From NCBI RefSeq assembly GCF_009914755.1, contig NC_060929.1: a stretch of 64,000 nucleotides of DNA; one strand, given 5' to 3'. Shown piece after piece: positions 49,386 to 62,472 of this stretch. This DNA comes from the human T2T-CHM13v2.0 reference genome, Homo sapiens. The notes beneath the pieces are model-generated. The model worked only from the letters and a program-made list of their open reading frames with translations. It was not told the origin of the DNA and ran no database searches. Numbering within the stretch: position 1 is the first letter of the stretch; each line of letters begins with the position of its first letter. A program made the translations under genes and the position numbers.

Positions 49386-49925
49386 TGTGACAGGCAGGAT
49401 TTTATCTCTGGTCCTAATTCTAAGAACCCATGAATACGAAGGGATATCACCTCCTGGTTAGGTGGTTATATGGCACAGCTGCCCCTATCATAGGGTGATT
49501 ATCTGGATGGTGCTGATCTAATCAGATGAGCCCTTAAAAGCAGCTGATGACAGAAAAAGAAGTCAGGGAGATTTAAAATTTGGGAAGAACTTGCTATTCT
49601 CTTGCTGGATTTGAAGGTAGACAGGGCCATGTCAGAAGCAACACAGATGGCCTTATGAAGCTAAAATATGCCACTAAGGAAAGAAAAACCCCAGTCCTAC
49701 CATAGCACGGACCTGAATTTGAATGACTTTGGAAGAGATTTATTCCCCCGGAGCCTCCAGGTAAGAGCCAAGTTGACATAGCCATTCTAGCATTGTGAGA
49801 ACCTATGCAGAGAACCCAGTTGAGCCCACCCAGAAGTCTGACCTGCAGAGCTGTGATAAATAGATATGGTTTTAAGATGCTAAATTTGTGATAATTTGTT
49901 ACAGCAGTGATAAAAAACTAATACA
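49386..49925 (+). mobile_element. MLT1D-like solo LTR
   Basis: tgtgacaggcagg...ctaatcagatgagcccttaaaag...gagcctccag...ctaaatttgtgataatttgttacagcag...aactaataca. Confidence 0.85.
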
Positions 49926-50117
49926 ATAGATAACAGGCTTAGGGGGATTAATCACCAGTTTAGGCTAATGTTTCAGCTTTTTCTGTAGTTTTGATAATCA
50001 GTAACTTAGGCACACAAACTCACAGAATCTTTTGTGTCTATTACTCACACACTTTTTTTCTAATGAAATTATCAATAATTATTTTTAAAGAAAATTTCCA
50101 TACATTTTAAATCTTCT

Positions 50118-50477
<360 letters not shown>

Positions 50478-52097
50478 CTATAAATTGGACCTAGATCAAA
50501 TCCTCTTGTCTTGAATCAAGATTTTAGATTTTTGGATCAACCCCCTTTCCTCCATCTCTCTCTTTTTTTTCTGGAATGTGCTATTTGCTTCTTGGTAGCT
50601 ATGACAATGCAAAATTGGAACGTTGCTCCCTAGAGATGCCGGATGTGTGTTCAACTGCTTCCATAAACTTGACACAACTGAGCTCATTCCTACAATAATA
50701 CAATCCCACTTTTAAATTATTATTCAGGCAAATGGTGAGCATCAGGAATGTATTCTAATGAGAGGTGTCCAAGGTCTGTTTGGAGCAGCTAGCTCCTTAA
50801 GTGTTCCAGAGACAGATGTCTGAAGATCATTTCCAAACCCTGTAACATAGCCTGCATCTTAATGACACATTTGAATGAAGAAACATATGTAAATTCTGCA
50901 TCAGTTAAAGGAATATGACTCAAAATGAAAGTGAATAAATGGTCTAACACAGCAAAAAGGATTCAGCTCTCATGATGAACTCTGCTAAACATTATATATG
51001 GGAGATACTCTGTTTTGCTTTTTGTGGAAGATGCTTTTGGTATTCAAGAGTTCAGGATATTTTTAAGTACTTTTACATTAATTTTACCAATAAGAAATTT
51101 CTAGCACTTCTGTGATTTTTTTTCTTTCGCTAATTGATTCCACACATTTTAAAAAATGCTTTGTGAACTGTGTTTTAGGATTTTTATTTCCTCCTATTCA
51201 AGTCAATTGATTTCCTTTACTGTGACAGCATTGTTCCTGCCCTAAGTAGTGTACAAGGCCCAGCTTTGTAAGAGCAGTATTTTTTGACAAGTTAAAAGTA
51301 AGTGTTCAGAATGAAATGCAAAAACATTGCTTCTAATCAAATGTAAATTGTTATTGGAATGCCAGAAGTCACTTTCTAGCAATATGAGGGAATTCCACCT
51401 AAGGTTATTAAAAGAAAATGTACCATGATATTTTTTTAACTGTTTGATTTATAATAAAAAACTACATAGATTAATTGGTACATTTTCAACTCTTTGACAG
51501 GATACAAATGCTGCTTTTTGAGTAAATGTAAAGTTTTATTTCCATCACCAAATTCTTGCGGGCATAAAACTTAACTGTTCTGCCTCAATAGAACATATGT
51601 TTTTTAATCAGTATCTTTATAACATGATATGTTATTATAAACAGTTGGTCAATAAACATTTTCTGTTTTTGACCTTCTATATTTCAACAGTGATTTTTCA
51701 AAAATAAAATTTAACAAGGTTCAGTTTGTAATGAAAGAGTTAAGTTTAAAAATATCTATCTTTTCAATATTTTAATATTTTCCACCATATGGATTAACTC
51801 TGAGCTTATTTCTGATAAAAGAAAATATCATATTTAATCACTGTAGGTTTTTTTCACATTGAAATTTATGCCACTGTGACAATTTTAGTTTCATTTAGGC
51901 ACAAATACTGTTACAAATTATGATTTAAATTATGTTTAATCAACAATAGAAATGCCAGTTATACAGAAAAGCATCAAGTAAAAATCAACTAACTTTTACT
52001 TTCTCCACATAAGCTTATAAAATAATAAATGTATCATTTTGAAAAATTTTACTCTGAGAAAATTTTCTTATTTTTCTGTCATTTAAAAATGATGAAG

Positions 52098-52825
52098 TGT
52101 AATTGCCCAATATGTCCTTCCTGCCTCCTGCACAAGCAAAATCAATTCACTGAGACCGTGGCATTGCAGTAAAGAAAGAATTTAATTGACATGAGACTGA
52201 CCATGCAGAAGATGAAGTCACTACTCAAATCAGTCTCACTGAAGGCTCAGAGGTTAGGATTTTTCAAGCATAGTTTGGTTGGCAGGAGACTAGGGAATAG
52301 ATGCTGCTGATTGGTCAGAGATGCCGTCACAGGTCTTTGGAAAACAGTCCTCCTTCAGTGAGTCTGCCTCTGGGTAGGGGCCACTGGACATATTGAGACC
52401 TGCATCAAGAGACCAGGTGAAGTCAGCTGATCATCAGAAATGTGAAAGTCTGAAAAGACTGCTGAAAAGGCCAGTCTTAGGTTCTACAATAGTGATGTTA
52501 TCTACAGGAGTAATTGGGGAAGTTACAAATCTTGTGACCTCTTAAACAATGGCTGGTTATCATTGAACTATGCTTATATTTCAGCAGAATTTAGGATACT
52601 CTCATAGTCCTAACCTTGTGGATTTTCATTATTCTTGTAAAGGCAATTTAGTTTTGGAAAGGGCTATTATCATCCTTGCTTTAAGGTTAAACTATAAACT
52701 AAATTTCTCCCAAAGTTAGCTTGGCCTATACCCAGGAATGATGAGACATTTTGGAGGTTAGAAGCAAAATGGAATCAACTCTGTCAGATTTCTCTTACTA
52801 TCATAATTTTGCAAAGGTGGTTCTA
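52098..52825 (-). mobile_element. LTR8A-like ERV1 solo LTR
   Basis: Reverse complement begins ..AACCACCTTTGCAAAATTATGATAGTAAGAGAAATCTGAC...GGCCAAGCTAACTTTGGGAGAAATTTAGTTTATAG; ends GGGCAATTACA. Confidence 0.85.
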
Positions 52826-52957
52826 AAAGGGCAATAGATTACCATATAAATACAATTTTTCAATTTTTTGGTAACCTCAACTTAAATCAATGAATATATA
52901 GAATCAATCATTTTCATTCATATTTACTCTAGTGATCTGTTAATTTTCATATACCTC

Positions 52958-53485
52958 TGTGATAGGTAGGATTATAAGAGGGTCCCTCAGGTTCCCACTC
53001 CTTGGTAAACCTACATGCCCTGCATGAAACCCTCCTCTCCAGTTGAGTGGAACATGTACTCTACAGATGATGGAAATCGCTATCATTTGGATAACATAAT
53101 ATGGTAAAGGTGAAGGCATTTTTGAAGATGTAATTAAGGTCACCAATCTGATTTTGAGTGAATCAAGGAGAAGGTTATTCTGGGTCTAGGTATCTGAGAT
53201 ACCCATCTTCTGCTGGCCTTAAAGGAGCCATTCACCATGAGTGCTATAGCTGCAAAGGAGTGAATTCTGCTAACAACCACATGAGCTTGGGAGAGAATCC
53301 CGAGCTTCAGATGAGATCACAGCCTCAGACTACATCTCAATTGCAGTCATGTGAGACTCTGTACAGAGGACACAGCTAAGCTGCATCTGCACACCTGACA
53401 CAAAAATAGTGAGATAATAAGTTGGTGTTGTTTTAACCTGGTATACTCTTGGTAAGTTTTTATGCAGCAACAGAAAATGAATACA
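52958..53485 (+). mobile_element. MLT1E-like solo LTR
   Basis: tgtgataggtagg...gatgtaattaaggtcaccaatc...gaattctgctaacaacc...gcaacagaaaatgaataca. Confidence 0.8.
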
Positions 53486-55505
53486 CTCTCTACTCATCAT
53501 CTTCTTTTGGGTAACAGTTTCCCACTTTCCAATATGGAAACCATTTGAAATAATTAGGTTGGAGCTGACCTTAAATTGACCCTTATTGGTATACCCCATT
53601 ATTCTGAATACAGTGATAAGTTCAGAGATAGACAAATGAAACAAGATTGATCAGTAACCTTTTAGACTTTTTCTGTCTGCGTTGGTAAGGAAGAGTTTCT
53701 CTTCCCATCTCATCTGGTATGATGTGATTGTTGGCTGTCAATGAACAACTTGTCTACCGTATTTGTAGAGCCTTTGATATATACTGTTATTTGGCTAATT
53801 ACACACCCATTTCCAAGCCCCCTCTTTCCTTAAAGAGACTGAAAAGCCAAACCTTGCATAATGTTTCTTATCATTATGTAAAGCTATCTGACATGCTTCT
53901 AGACAACTACATGTTAACATAATTGCTAGGGGGTTCTGAGAAAGCTTTTACATTCTTGTTGAACAGAACTCATGTCACTAAGCGTTTCTGTCCTCCCGTT
54001 TTGTTTTCCTCGTATACAGGTATAATAACTGGAGCTTGGCTCCCACCTTGATTTTATATGGGAAGGACCAAAAGCATAAAAACACTAGTGGCCTTGACAT
54101 TTTTTGGCTTTTGAATTAATGTCATTGGCCTCTTACTTTTAACCATCATGTTGTCACATGAGATGTAATTTGTTGTCTTTAGTGATTAAACCACTGTAGA
54201 GTAAATATGCTTATACTTGCAGCTGAAAGTCTTTATACATGATTGAAGGACTATATGAAATATATCTAGAGAAAGAGTTCTCTTGATATCACGAAAATTC
54301 TGGTATCAAACTACACATAAAATCAGTTTTACCTCTGGCCTTTTCAGTTTCATGAGTCTCCCTCCCCTAATTTCTATTTTGCTTAACTTATTCTGAATTA
54401 GGCTGTATCCATTCAATTGTGAGTAAAAACTCCCAGTGAACATAGAAGTTGATAGGTTGACAGTATTTTTTTCTATAGGATGGAAGGTAGTTGGACAACA
54501 GAAGGGGCATGCATTAACAATGACAACTAAAATGTATGGAATATTTCTGAGTTAAGAATTAATGTAGAGAATGAATAAATATCCGATTCCCCACTATGAA
54601 ATTGATTTAAATAAATCCCAATTCAGACCATGTTAAGGCTAGACTTTTAAAAGACAACATTTTTAAGAACTTAAGATTTTGTAATTTTTACCTACCTCTT
54701 TCTGTTAATTAGTTCCTGCAATAGAAGGACATGCTTCAATGTAGGGAGCTAACTCCTGAAATAAACGGACATAATTCAAGGAAGACACCAAAGTAAACCA
54801 GTTAAACATGGCTATTTGATGCTTAAGATTCAGGAACAATAAGAGATTTTTTGTTTTTGTTTTTGTTTTTTACAATTATTTCAGTTTTAGAATGAAGAGC
54901 AAGTAAGCTGATGATATTAACACCATTAAAAAAATACACACATACATCTCAGAATTTGGGAAACAATGTAAATTTAGGGATACCTTTGTACTCTCATAGC
55001 TGAATGATTTATATAATTTGATGTTAACCTAAAATAATAATCTACATATTGATGCTTGCTTATTACATACTTGTTAAAATGTTTTCAAAAGCACATTTAA
55101 TAACTATGAAAAGGATCTTTAATAAATATAAAAAAGTAGAAATGATTAAACTCATTAGGGTAGAGAAATTTTATCAGCTTTTGTTTGAGTGCCAAAAAAT
55201 TGAAAAAGTGATTTCCGTACAAATGAAGCAAAGGAAACAAATTAAAAAATATGTTCACTTCTCTAATAGCTGAACAGACAGACCAACACCATATTGCCTG
55301 GATTTCATCAGGCCCCATTCTTAAAAAGCCAAACTCATCATTGGAGTCATATTTTCCTAGGCCTGAGAGCCTCATACTAGCTCATATGAAAGCCAAGGTG
55401 GCCATTTTGCCTCCCATCCACATTCCAGGAAGCCTGAGATGGACATAGTGGTGCACTCAGCAGGATGGGAGAAGTCACATTCTCTGCCCTATACTAAAGA
55501 CTGAG

Positions 55506-56020
<515 letters not shown>

Positions 56021-56834
56021 CTAAATTGCACTCCTTACCAAAACAGAGCAAAGTGCCCACTTTGTTAGGGATCAAGAGCCTAAAATCAGGAGCAGAGTAC
56101 TCTGCCCCATTGCAAGGGCTCCTCAGAGGAAGAATCCAAGAAGTAAGCAGATAAGCCAAGCATTAGGAGGAAGGATGCTGTGAAGAGAAAAAAAACTTAA
56201 GGCTGGAGTCCAAATTCAGGAAGCATGAATTGTAAATTATCTTTTTTATCTTCCTTACTAAAACATGAAGCCTAAAGTATGTAAAGTGATTCTCAACCCA
56301 TTCAGAATTTTATTGCCAAAGGAGGAAAAAGAAACCCACAAATGTGAGAAAGAGTAGCTAGTGATAGTTCAATCCCCAGTGCGATTCTTACTCCTTCAAG
56401 CGACCTCAAAGTTAGTGGGTTGTTTTATTGGTACATAGCCCAAGAAGAAAATCCTTGCCCAAGTCATGCTAAAATGTGAAAATGGAGGTCAATTAAAAAA
56501 ATGGAATTTCTCCCCCAAGTTTTTCACCCTCCTCTCCCAAATCTTGCCCGTGGCAGTGAGGTGGGCTCTTATTCCACTGATAAATATGTATAGACCAATG
56601 GACACAGAGAAAAATTTCCCTTTCTGGTTTTGTATAAATGTGTTTTCAAGTTATTCTATTTGTTATTACTATTTAATTTCAAAAAAATTAGGAGCGTTCA
56701 TGATTTGGGACCATAAGCAGCCATGCTTTGCTACAATTTTCAAACCTATTTAAAAGCTATTTGTTTATAATTAGGGAGGATGTCTGTTAACTAGATTTTT
56801 GTTTGGGAGATATGCTTACATAAACTTTTGTGAT

Positions 56835-57170
56835 CTTTTATGCATCTTTTCAGCAAATATTTACTGTGGACCTATTGTGTGCCAGGCTTTGTCCTAGGTG
56901 CTTGAGGTATCAGTGAACAAAATAAAAATCTTTCTGAACAGAGCTAACTTATATTCTATTTGTATAGACCGTAGACAACAAACAATAAATAAGTAAAACT
57001 TATACTATGTTAGAAATTGAAAACTATTGAAAAGAAATTGGAAAGATAACATGATAAGGGAGATTGGAATGCCCAAGGTGGAGTGCACTTTTGCAGTGCA
57101 TGGTTGTTATAGACCCCAATGAGCCAGGTATCACTTGAGCAAATACTTGAAGGACTTACATGAAAGCAGG
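56835..57170 (-). mobile_element. L2a 3' relic
   Basis: ttcagcaaatatttactgtggacctattgtgtgccaggc...ctaggtgcttgaggtatcagtgaacaaaa. Confidence 0.75.
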
Positions 57171-59864
57171 AATGTATAACTCAGTGCCACTGCTGTAGCC
57201 ACTTCTTAGTGAAAATCCTACTGATAGGATTTTAGCATTTCCGTTTTTTAATCTGAGGAGCTTCATAGTACTCTCTCTCTTTAGGTTGTCTGAAATGTTG
57301 CTATTGTATTTCTAATGGCATTTTAAAGGAACAGCTCTGAGAGTAAAGTGAAACACAAAAAGGGAAGAAGTCAAAATTAGTGCTTCCACATATTTTTGGA
57401 GGGAAGATTGCATAAGATGTTATGTTGAAAATTAGAGAAACAGTTTTACACTGTTGATATAAAGTATATTAGGTTTTCCATTATTGAAAAAAATATTTAT
57501 TTTGTTACTCCAAAGTGTAATCATAATGTAGAAAACTGATCTTAAGAACTGCCCCACAGTATCCTCATTAATACAAAGAGAGATTAGAATCCACGAGTCC
57601 AGTTTTTCTTAGACTTTTAAAAGTTAATGCTAGATAAGTATTTAAGTACCTATATACCAGACTTGAATAAGTTCAACAACTCATTGCAGTTGATTTTAAA
57701 CTTTTAATTATGTAATAGGGTTATCATGAATAGGACCCTTTTCCTAATATTCTGGCCCTAAGGGAGTGGTACTTCTTATCTGATAATTGATGTATTTAAC
57801 AAAAAATATCTGTTCGACACTATGGTTACTCAATGTTGATATGCAGTTTTTTTTCATAATTTTGAAGCCATATTTTAGTTGTTGACTGATCACATCACAT
57901 GCTGAAGCCATTAACATGGTATTCCTCCTGTAACATTCTGTAAGACCACACTGATAGGAGCACTGCCCTTAGCATCCAACATCCAGGAAAAGAGAGAATA
58001 GTGTGAATCGTATTTTCCAGCTCTTAAGATAAAGTTACACATACTCATCTTTTAGATCTATTTATTGCCACCTTCTATGCTATGAATCTTTAAGTAAAAT
58101 AATTATACTTTGGTTTTTAGTAATTAAATCTTAAGGAATAGAATTGCTCCTTTTAAATTTATTTTTAATGACTCAAATCATCTGCTTTTAATGAAAAAGT
58201 TGAAAGCTGCTATTTCAAAAAGAAAGGTTGTGTTGAGTTTTATTGTTATTATTTGATATGAAATTTATTAAATTTACAAATTCAAAGACAATTCTTTATT
58301 AAAAATCAAATATTAAGTTTACAAATTTTATTCCATTTATAGACAAATGTTGTTCTAAGTCACTGTGATAATAAGTGTTATGGTATGCAGCAATGTATGT
58401 GTAGTACAACACAATGCACAGAATTGTAAGCACATATACCTAACAAATTTTTGGATATTGCATCCCATTGAAGTGTTTCATACTTTTAGATAATAATTTT
58501 AATCATTTCTTTGATATTTATTTAAATACCACCTGCTCATTAAGCCAGACATATTGAACCTACATCATTCCATCCCTTTATTAAAACAATATTTATTGGG
58601 TGCCTACTATATTTCATGCACTCTATGTGTTGAAGATATCATTAAAAGGAATTGCCTGCCCAGATTGTTTACCACCTGGTAACTGATCTAATACAATTAG
58701 TATATTTTTGATAATATTAATAATTATTCAATCATTGTAGGTAGCTTATAGCTCTAATCTACTATGGATAGAATAATGAGACCCAGGAAACATATGTTTT
58801 TCTCATCATTAAATTGATAAAAATCCTATTTATGGAAAATGAAAATAAAAGGATAGATGTAATAATGGTAAGCTTGTTGAATAAAAAAATGGCCATTATT
58901 TTGGGGAAAAAAAAACATATGACTGCTATTGTTCAGATTTGACAGACAGAAAATTCTGGAAAATTTTGTAAAATTTTATTTCTTTTACCTCCCAGCTGCT
59001 GTGCAAGCCAGCTAATTCTGTCCATTTGCATACCTCCTCCCACATTAGCACCTCTATCTATGGGAAGAAACACATAGCACTGTTCCTACAACTAATTCCT
59101 TCCCTTAAGAATTATTTTACATATTTAGAATACATTTTTCTGGTAACTTGGATCCTAAGGATATCAATAAAATCAGTCCACCCAAAATCTTTTTTTAGTG
59201 TCTATAATTACACTGCCTTGAATTTACTCTGCCATATGGTTTCAAGAGTGCTAGATAGGGCCCCAAGGCTAAGAACATATTTTCCCACCTGCTAGATCAC
59301 ACATAAAATTATTGAAGTAGAAATCCAAAGAGTCTATTTTGCAAGTAGAAATTAAGCTGAAAGTGCAGAGCCAGTTGCTGATCTTTTCAAAGAAACAACT
59401 TTTGGTTTTGTTTATTTTCTCTATTGTTTATAATTTTCTGTTTCATTTATTTCCCCTTTGGTCTATATTAATTATTTTCTTTGGCCTCCTTTGAGTTAAA
59501 TTTCCTCTACTTTTTCTACTTTCATTGGGTCAAAAATTGGGTTTGGATTAGAGATCTTTTTATTTAATGCAGGCATTTATGATTATACATTTTCCTTTAA
59601 GCACTACTTTAAGTACTATAAATTTTGTCATGTTGTATTACATTTTCATTCATCTCAAGTATTTTTTAATTTCTCTGGTACTTTATATTTTGACTTATTA
59701 GTTATTTAGAGTGTGTTGATTAATTTCCCCATAATTTTTATTTCCTCAAATTTCCTTTGTTATTAATTTCAAATATAATTTTATTGTGATTGAACAAGAT
59801 ACTTTGTATTATTTCAGTATTTTAAAATTCATTGAGTATTGTGTTATGGTATAACATATGTTCT

Positions 59865-60756
59865 TTTCTTTTTAAAAAAATTTTACTGCAAGTTCTGGGA
59901 TCCATGTGCAGAGTGTGTGGGTTTTTTACATAGGTAAATGTGTGGCATGGTGGTTTGCTGCAGCAATCAACCCATCACAGAGGTATTAAACCCCACATGC
60001 ATTAGCTATTTTCCCGATGCTCTCCTATCCCTTGCACCCCTGTGACAGGCCCTGGTGTATGTTGTTCCGCTGTCTGTGTCCATGTGTTCTCAGTGTTCAG
60101 CTCCAACATATGAGTGAGAACATGTGGTGTTTGGTTTTTGGTTCCTGTGTTAGTTTGCTGAGGATAATGTCTTCCGATTTCATCTATGTCTTTGCAAAGG
60201 ACGTGATCTCAATCCTTTTTGGGGCGGCATAGTACTCCATGATGTATGTGGACTACATTTTCTTTATCCTGTCTATAATTGATGGGCATTTGGGTTGGTT
60301 CCATGTCTTTGCTATTGTGAGTAGTGCTGCAATAAACATACGTGTGCATGTGTCTTTATATTAGAATGATTTATAATCCTTTGGGTATATACCCAGTAAT
60401 GAGGTTGCTGGGTCAAATGATATTTCTGGTTCTAGCTCACAAGTGGAATCTTCCAATCCATGGGTTGCACAGTTCTGAGAAAAAAACACATGGTTTTCCA
60501 GGCTCGGTAGCATGCTCACTCACTGCTTCCGTTGGCTAAGGGTCAAGGTGTCCCTGCCCCATGTGGCTCTCAGTTGGGTCACAGCACCACCCTGCTCTTC
60601 CATCCTCTCCATGGGTCATGCCAGCTGCCTAGTCAGTCCTGATGTCAGGACCTGGACACTTTGGTTGCCTATGCAGGATTTGCACACTTGTTTGGTTCTT
60701 TTCTGTGGGAGCCTCCAATCACCACTGCTTCTAGTCAGCCATTTTGGTCCCACTCC
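59865..60756 (-). mobile_element. Internally deleted L1PA7/8-type LINE-1 (5'UTR start fused to 3' end)
   Basis: 3' end at 59865-60435 and 5'UTR at 60436-60756 (similar to 16833-17130); 11-bp TSD acatatgttct at 59854-59864 and 60757-60767. Confidence 0.9.
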
Positions 60757-60801
60757 ACATATGTTCTATTCTGGAGTATGTTTCCTGTGCACTTAAGAAT
60801 G

Positions 60802-60926
60802 GGTGTCATCTTGAGCTCTTCATTTATTTTGACTGTGGGTGCATGGAGTGGATGCATTGTTTTTAAGAAAAATGTGTCATGTAGGTTGTCTAAAAATAAA
60901 ATGCATTTAAACTCAAAACCAAGAAA
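60802..60926 (+). pseudogene. TPT1: 5'-truncated processed retrocopy of the TPT1 mRNA 3'UTR
   Basis: gtcatcttgagctcttcatttattttgactgtg...ggagtgga.gcattgtttttaagaaaaa...gtcatgtaggttgtctaaaAATAAAatgcatttaaactc matches my recall of the TPT1 3' end; A-rich tail; TSD aagaatg (60795-801 / 60927-933). Confidence 0.85.
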
Positions 60927-60939
60927 AAGAATGTGGGCT

Positions 60940-61250
60940 GGCTGGGCATGGTGGCTCATGCCTGTAATCACAGCATTTTGAGAGACTGAGGTGGGCATAT
61001 CACCTGAGGTCAGGAGTTTGAGACCAGCCTGGCCATGTCTCTACTAAAAATACAAAAAAAATTACCCACACATGGTGGTGCACACCTGTAGTCCCAGCTA
61101 CTTGGGAAGCTGAGGTATGAGAATCTCCAGAACCCAGGAGGCAGAGTTTGAGGTTGCAGTTAGCCAAGATAATGTCACTGCACTCCAGTCGGGGCAACAG
61201 AGTGAGACTCTGTCTCCAAAGAAAAACCAAAAAAAAAAAAAGAAAAAGAA
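60940..61250 (+). mobile_element. AluS (Sx/Sz-like) with small deletion
   Basis: atcacctgaggtcaggagtttgagaccagcctggcca; A-rich tail; aagaaaaagaatgt near both ends. Confidence 0.92.
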
Positions 61251-61262
61251 AAAGAATGTATA

Positions 61263-61614
61263 TGTATTAGTGCATTTTCACACTGCTGATAAAGACATAC
61301 CCAAGACTGGCAAGAAAAAGAAGTTTAATTGAACTTATAGTTCCACATGGCTGATGAAGTCTCAGAATCATGGAAGGGGGTGAAAGGTACTTCTTACATG
61401 GCAGCAGCAAGAGAAAAATGAGGAAGAAGCAAAGGCAGAAACCCCTGATAAACCCAGTAGATCTTATGAGACTTATTAACTGTCACAAGAATAGCACAGA
61501 AAAGACTGGACCCCATGATTCAATTATCTCCCCCTGGGTCCCTCCCACAACATGTGGGAATTCTGGGAGATACAGTTCAAGAGCTTTGGGTGGGGACACA
61601 GCAAAACCATAACA
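61263..61614 (-). mobile_element. THE1A-like solo LTR
   Basis: gagaaaaatgaggaagaagcaaaggcagaaacccctgataaaccc; perfect TSD gtata (61258-62 / 61615-19). Confidence 0.93.
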
Positions 61615-62069
61615 GTATATTCCATTGTTGGCTGAAATGTTCCATAGGTGTCTGTTAGGTCTCTATATTACAGATTATAGTGTTGTTCAAGTCTTTTATT
61701 CCCTTTTGCATTTTCTGCCTCATTTATCTATGTATTATTGAAAGTGGAGTATTTAAATTTCCAAATATTGTTGTTGAATTACCCATTTGTTTCTTCAGTT
61801 TCTCAGATTTTGCTTTATATGTTATGTGGATCAGTTTGTAGGTTCATATATGTTATAATTGTTATGCTTTCTGATGGATTGACTCTTTTATTATTTTTAA
61901 GTGTTCTTCTTTGTCTCTAGTCATAATTTTTGTCTGAAAGTTTATTTTGTCTATTATTAGTATGGCTATTCTTTTGATTATAATTTACATGGAATATCTT
62001 TTTTATCCATTCACTTCAACCTATTTTTATCTCTCAATCTAAAGTGTATCTCTGAGAGATGGTATATAG

Positions 62070-62402
<333 letters not shown>

Positions 62403-62472
62403 TAATTCCTGCTTTTTGATTTAAATGTTAAGTCTATTTACAATTAATGTAATTATTGATAAGTTAGGATAT

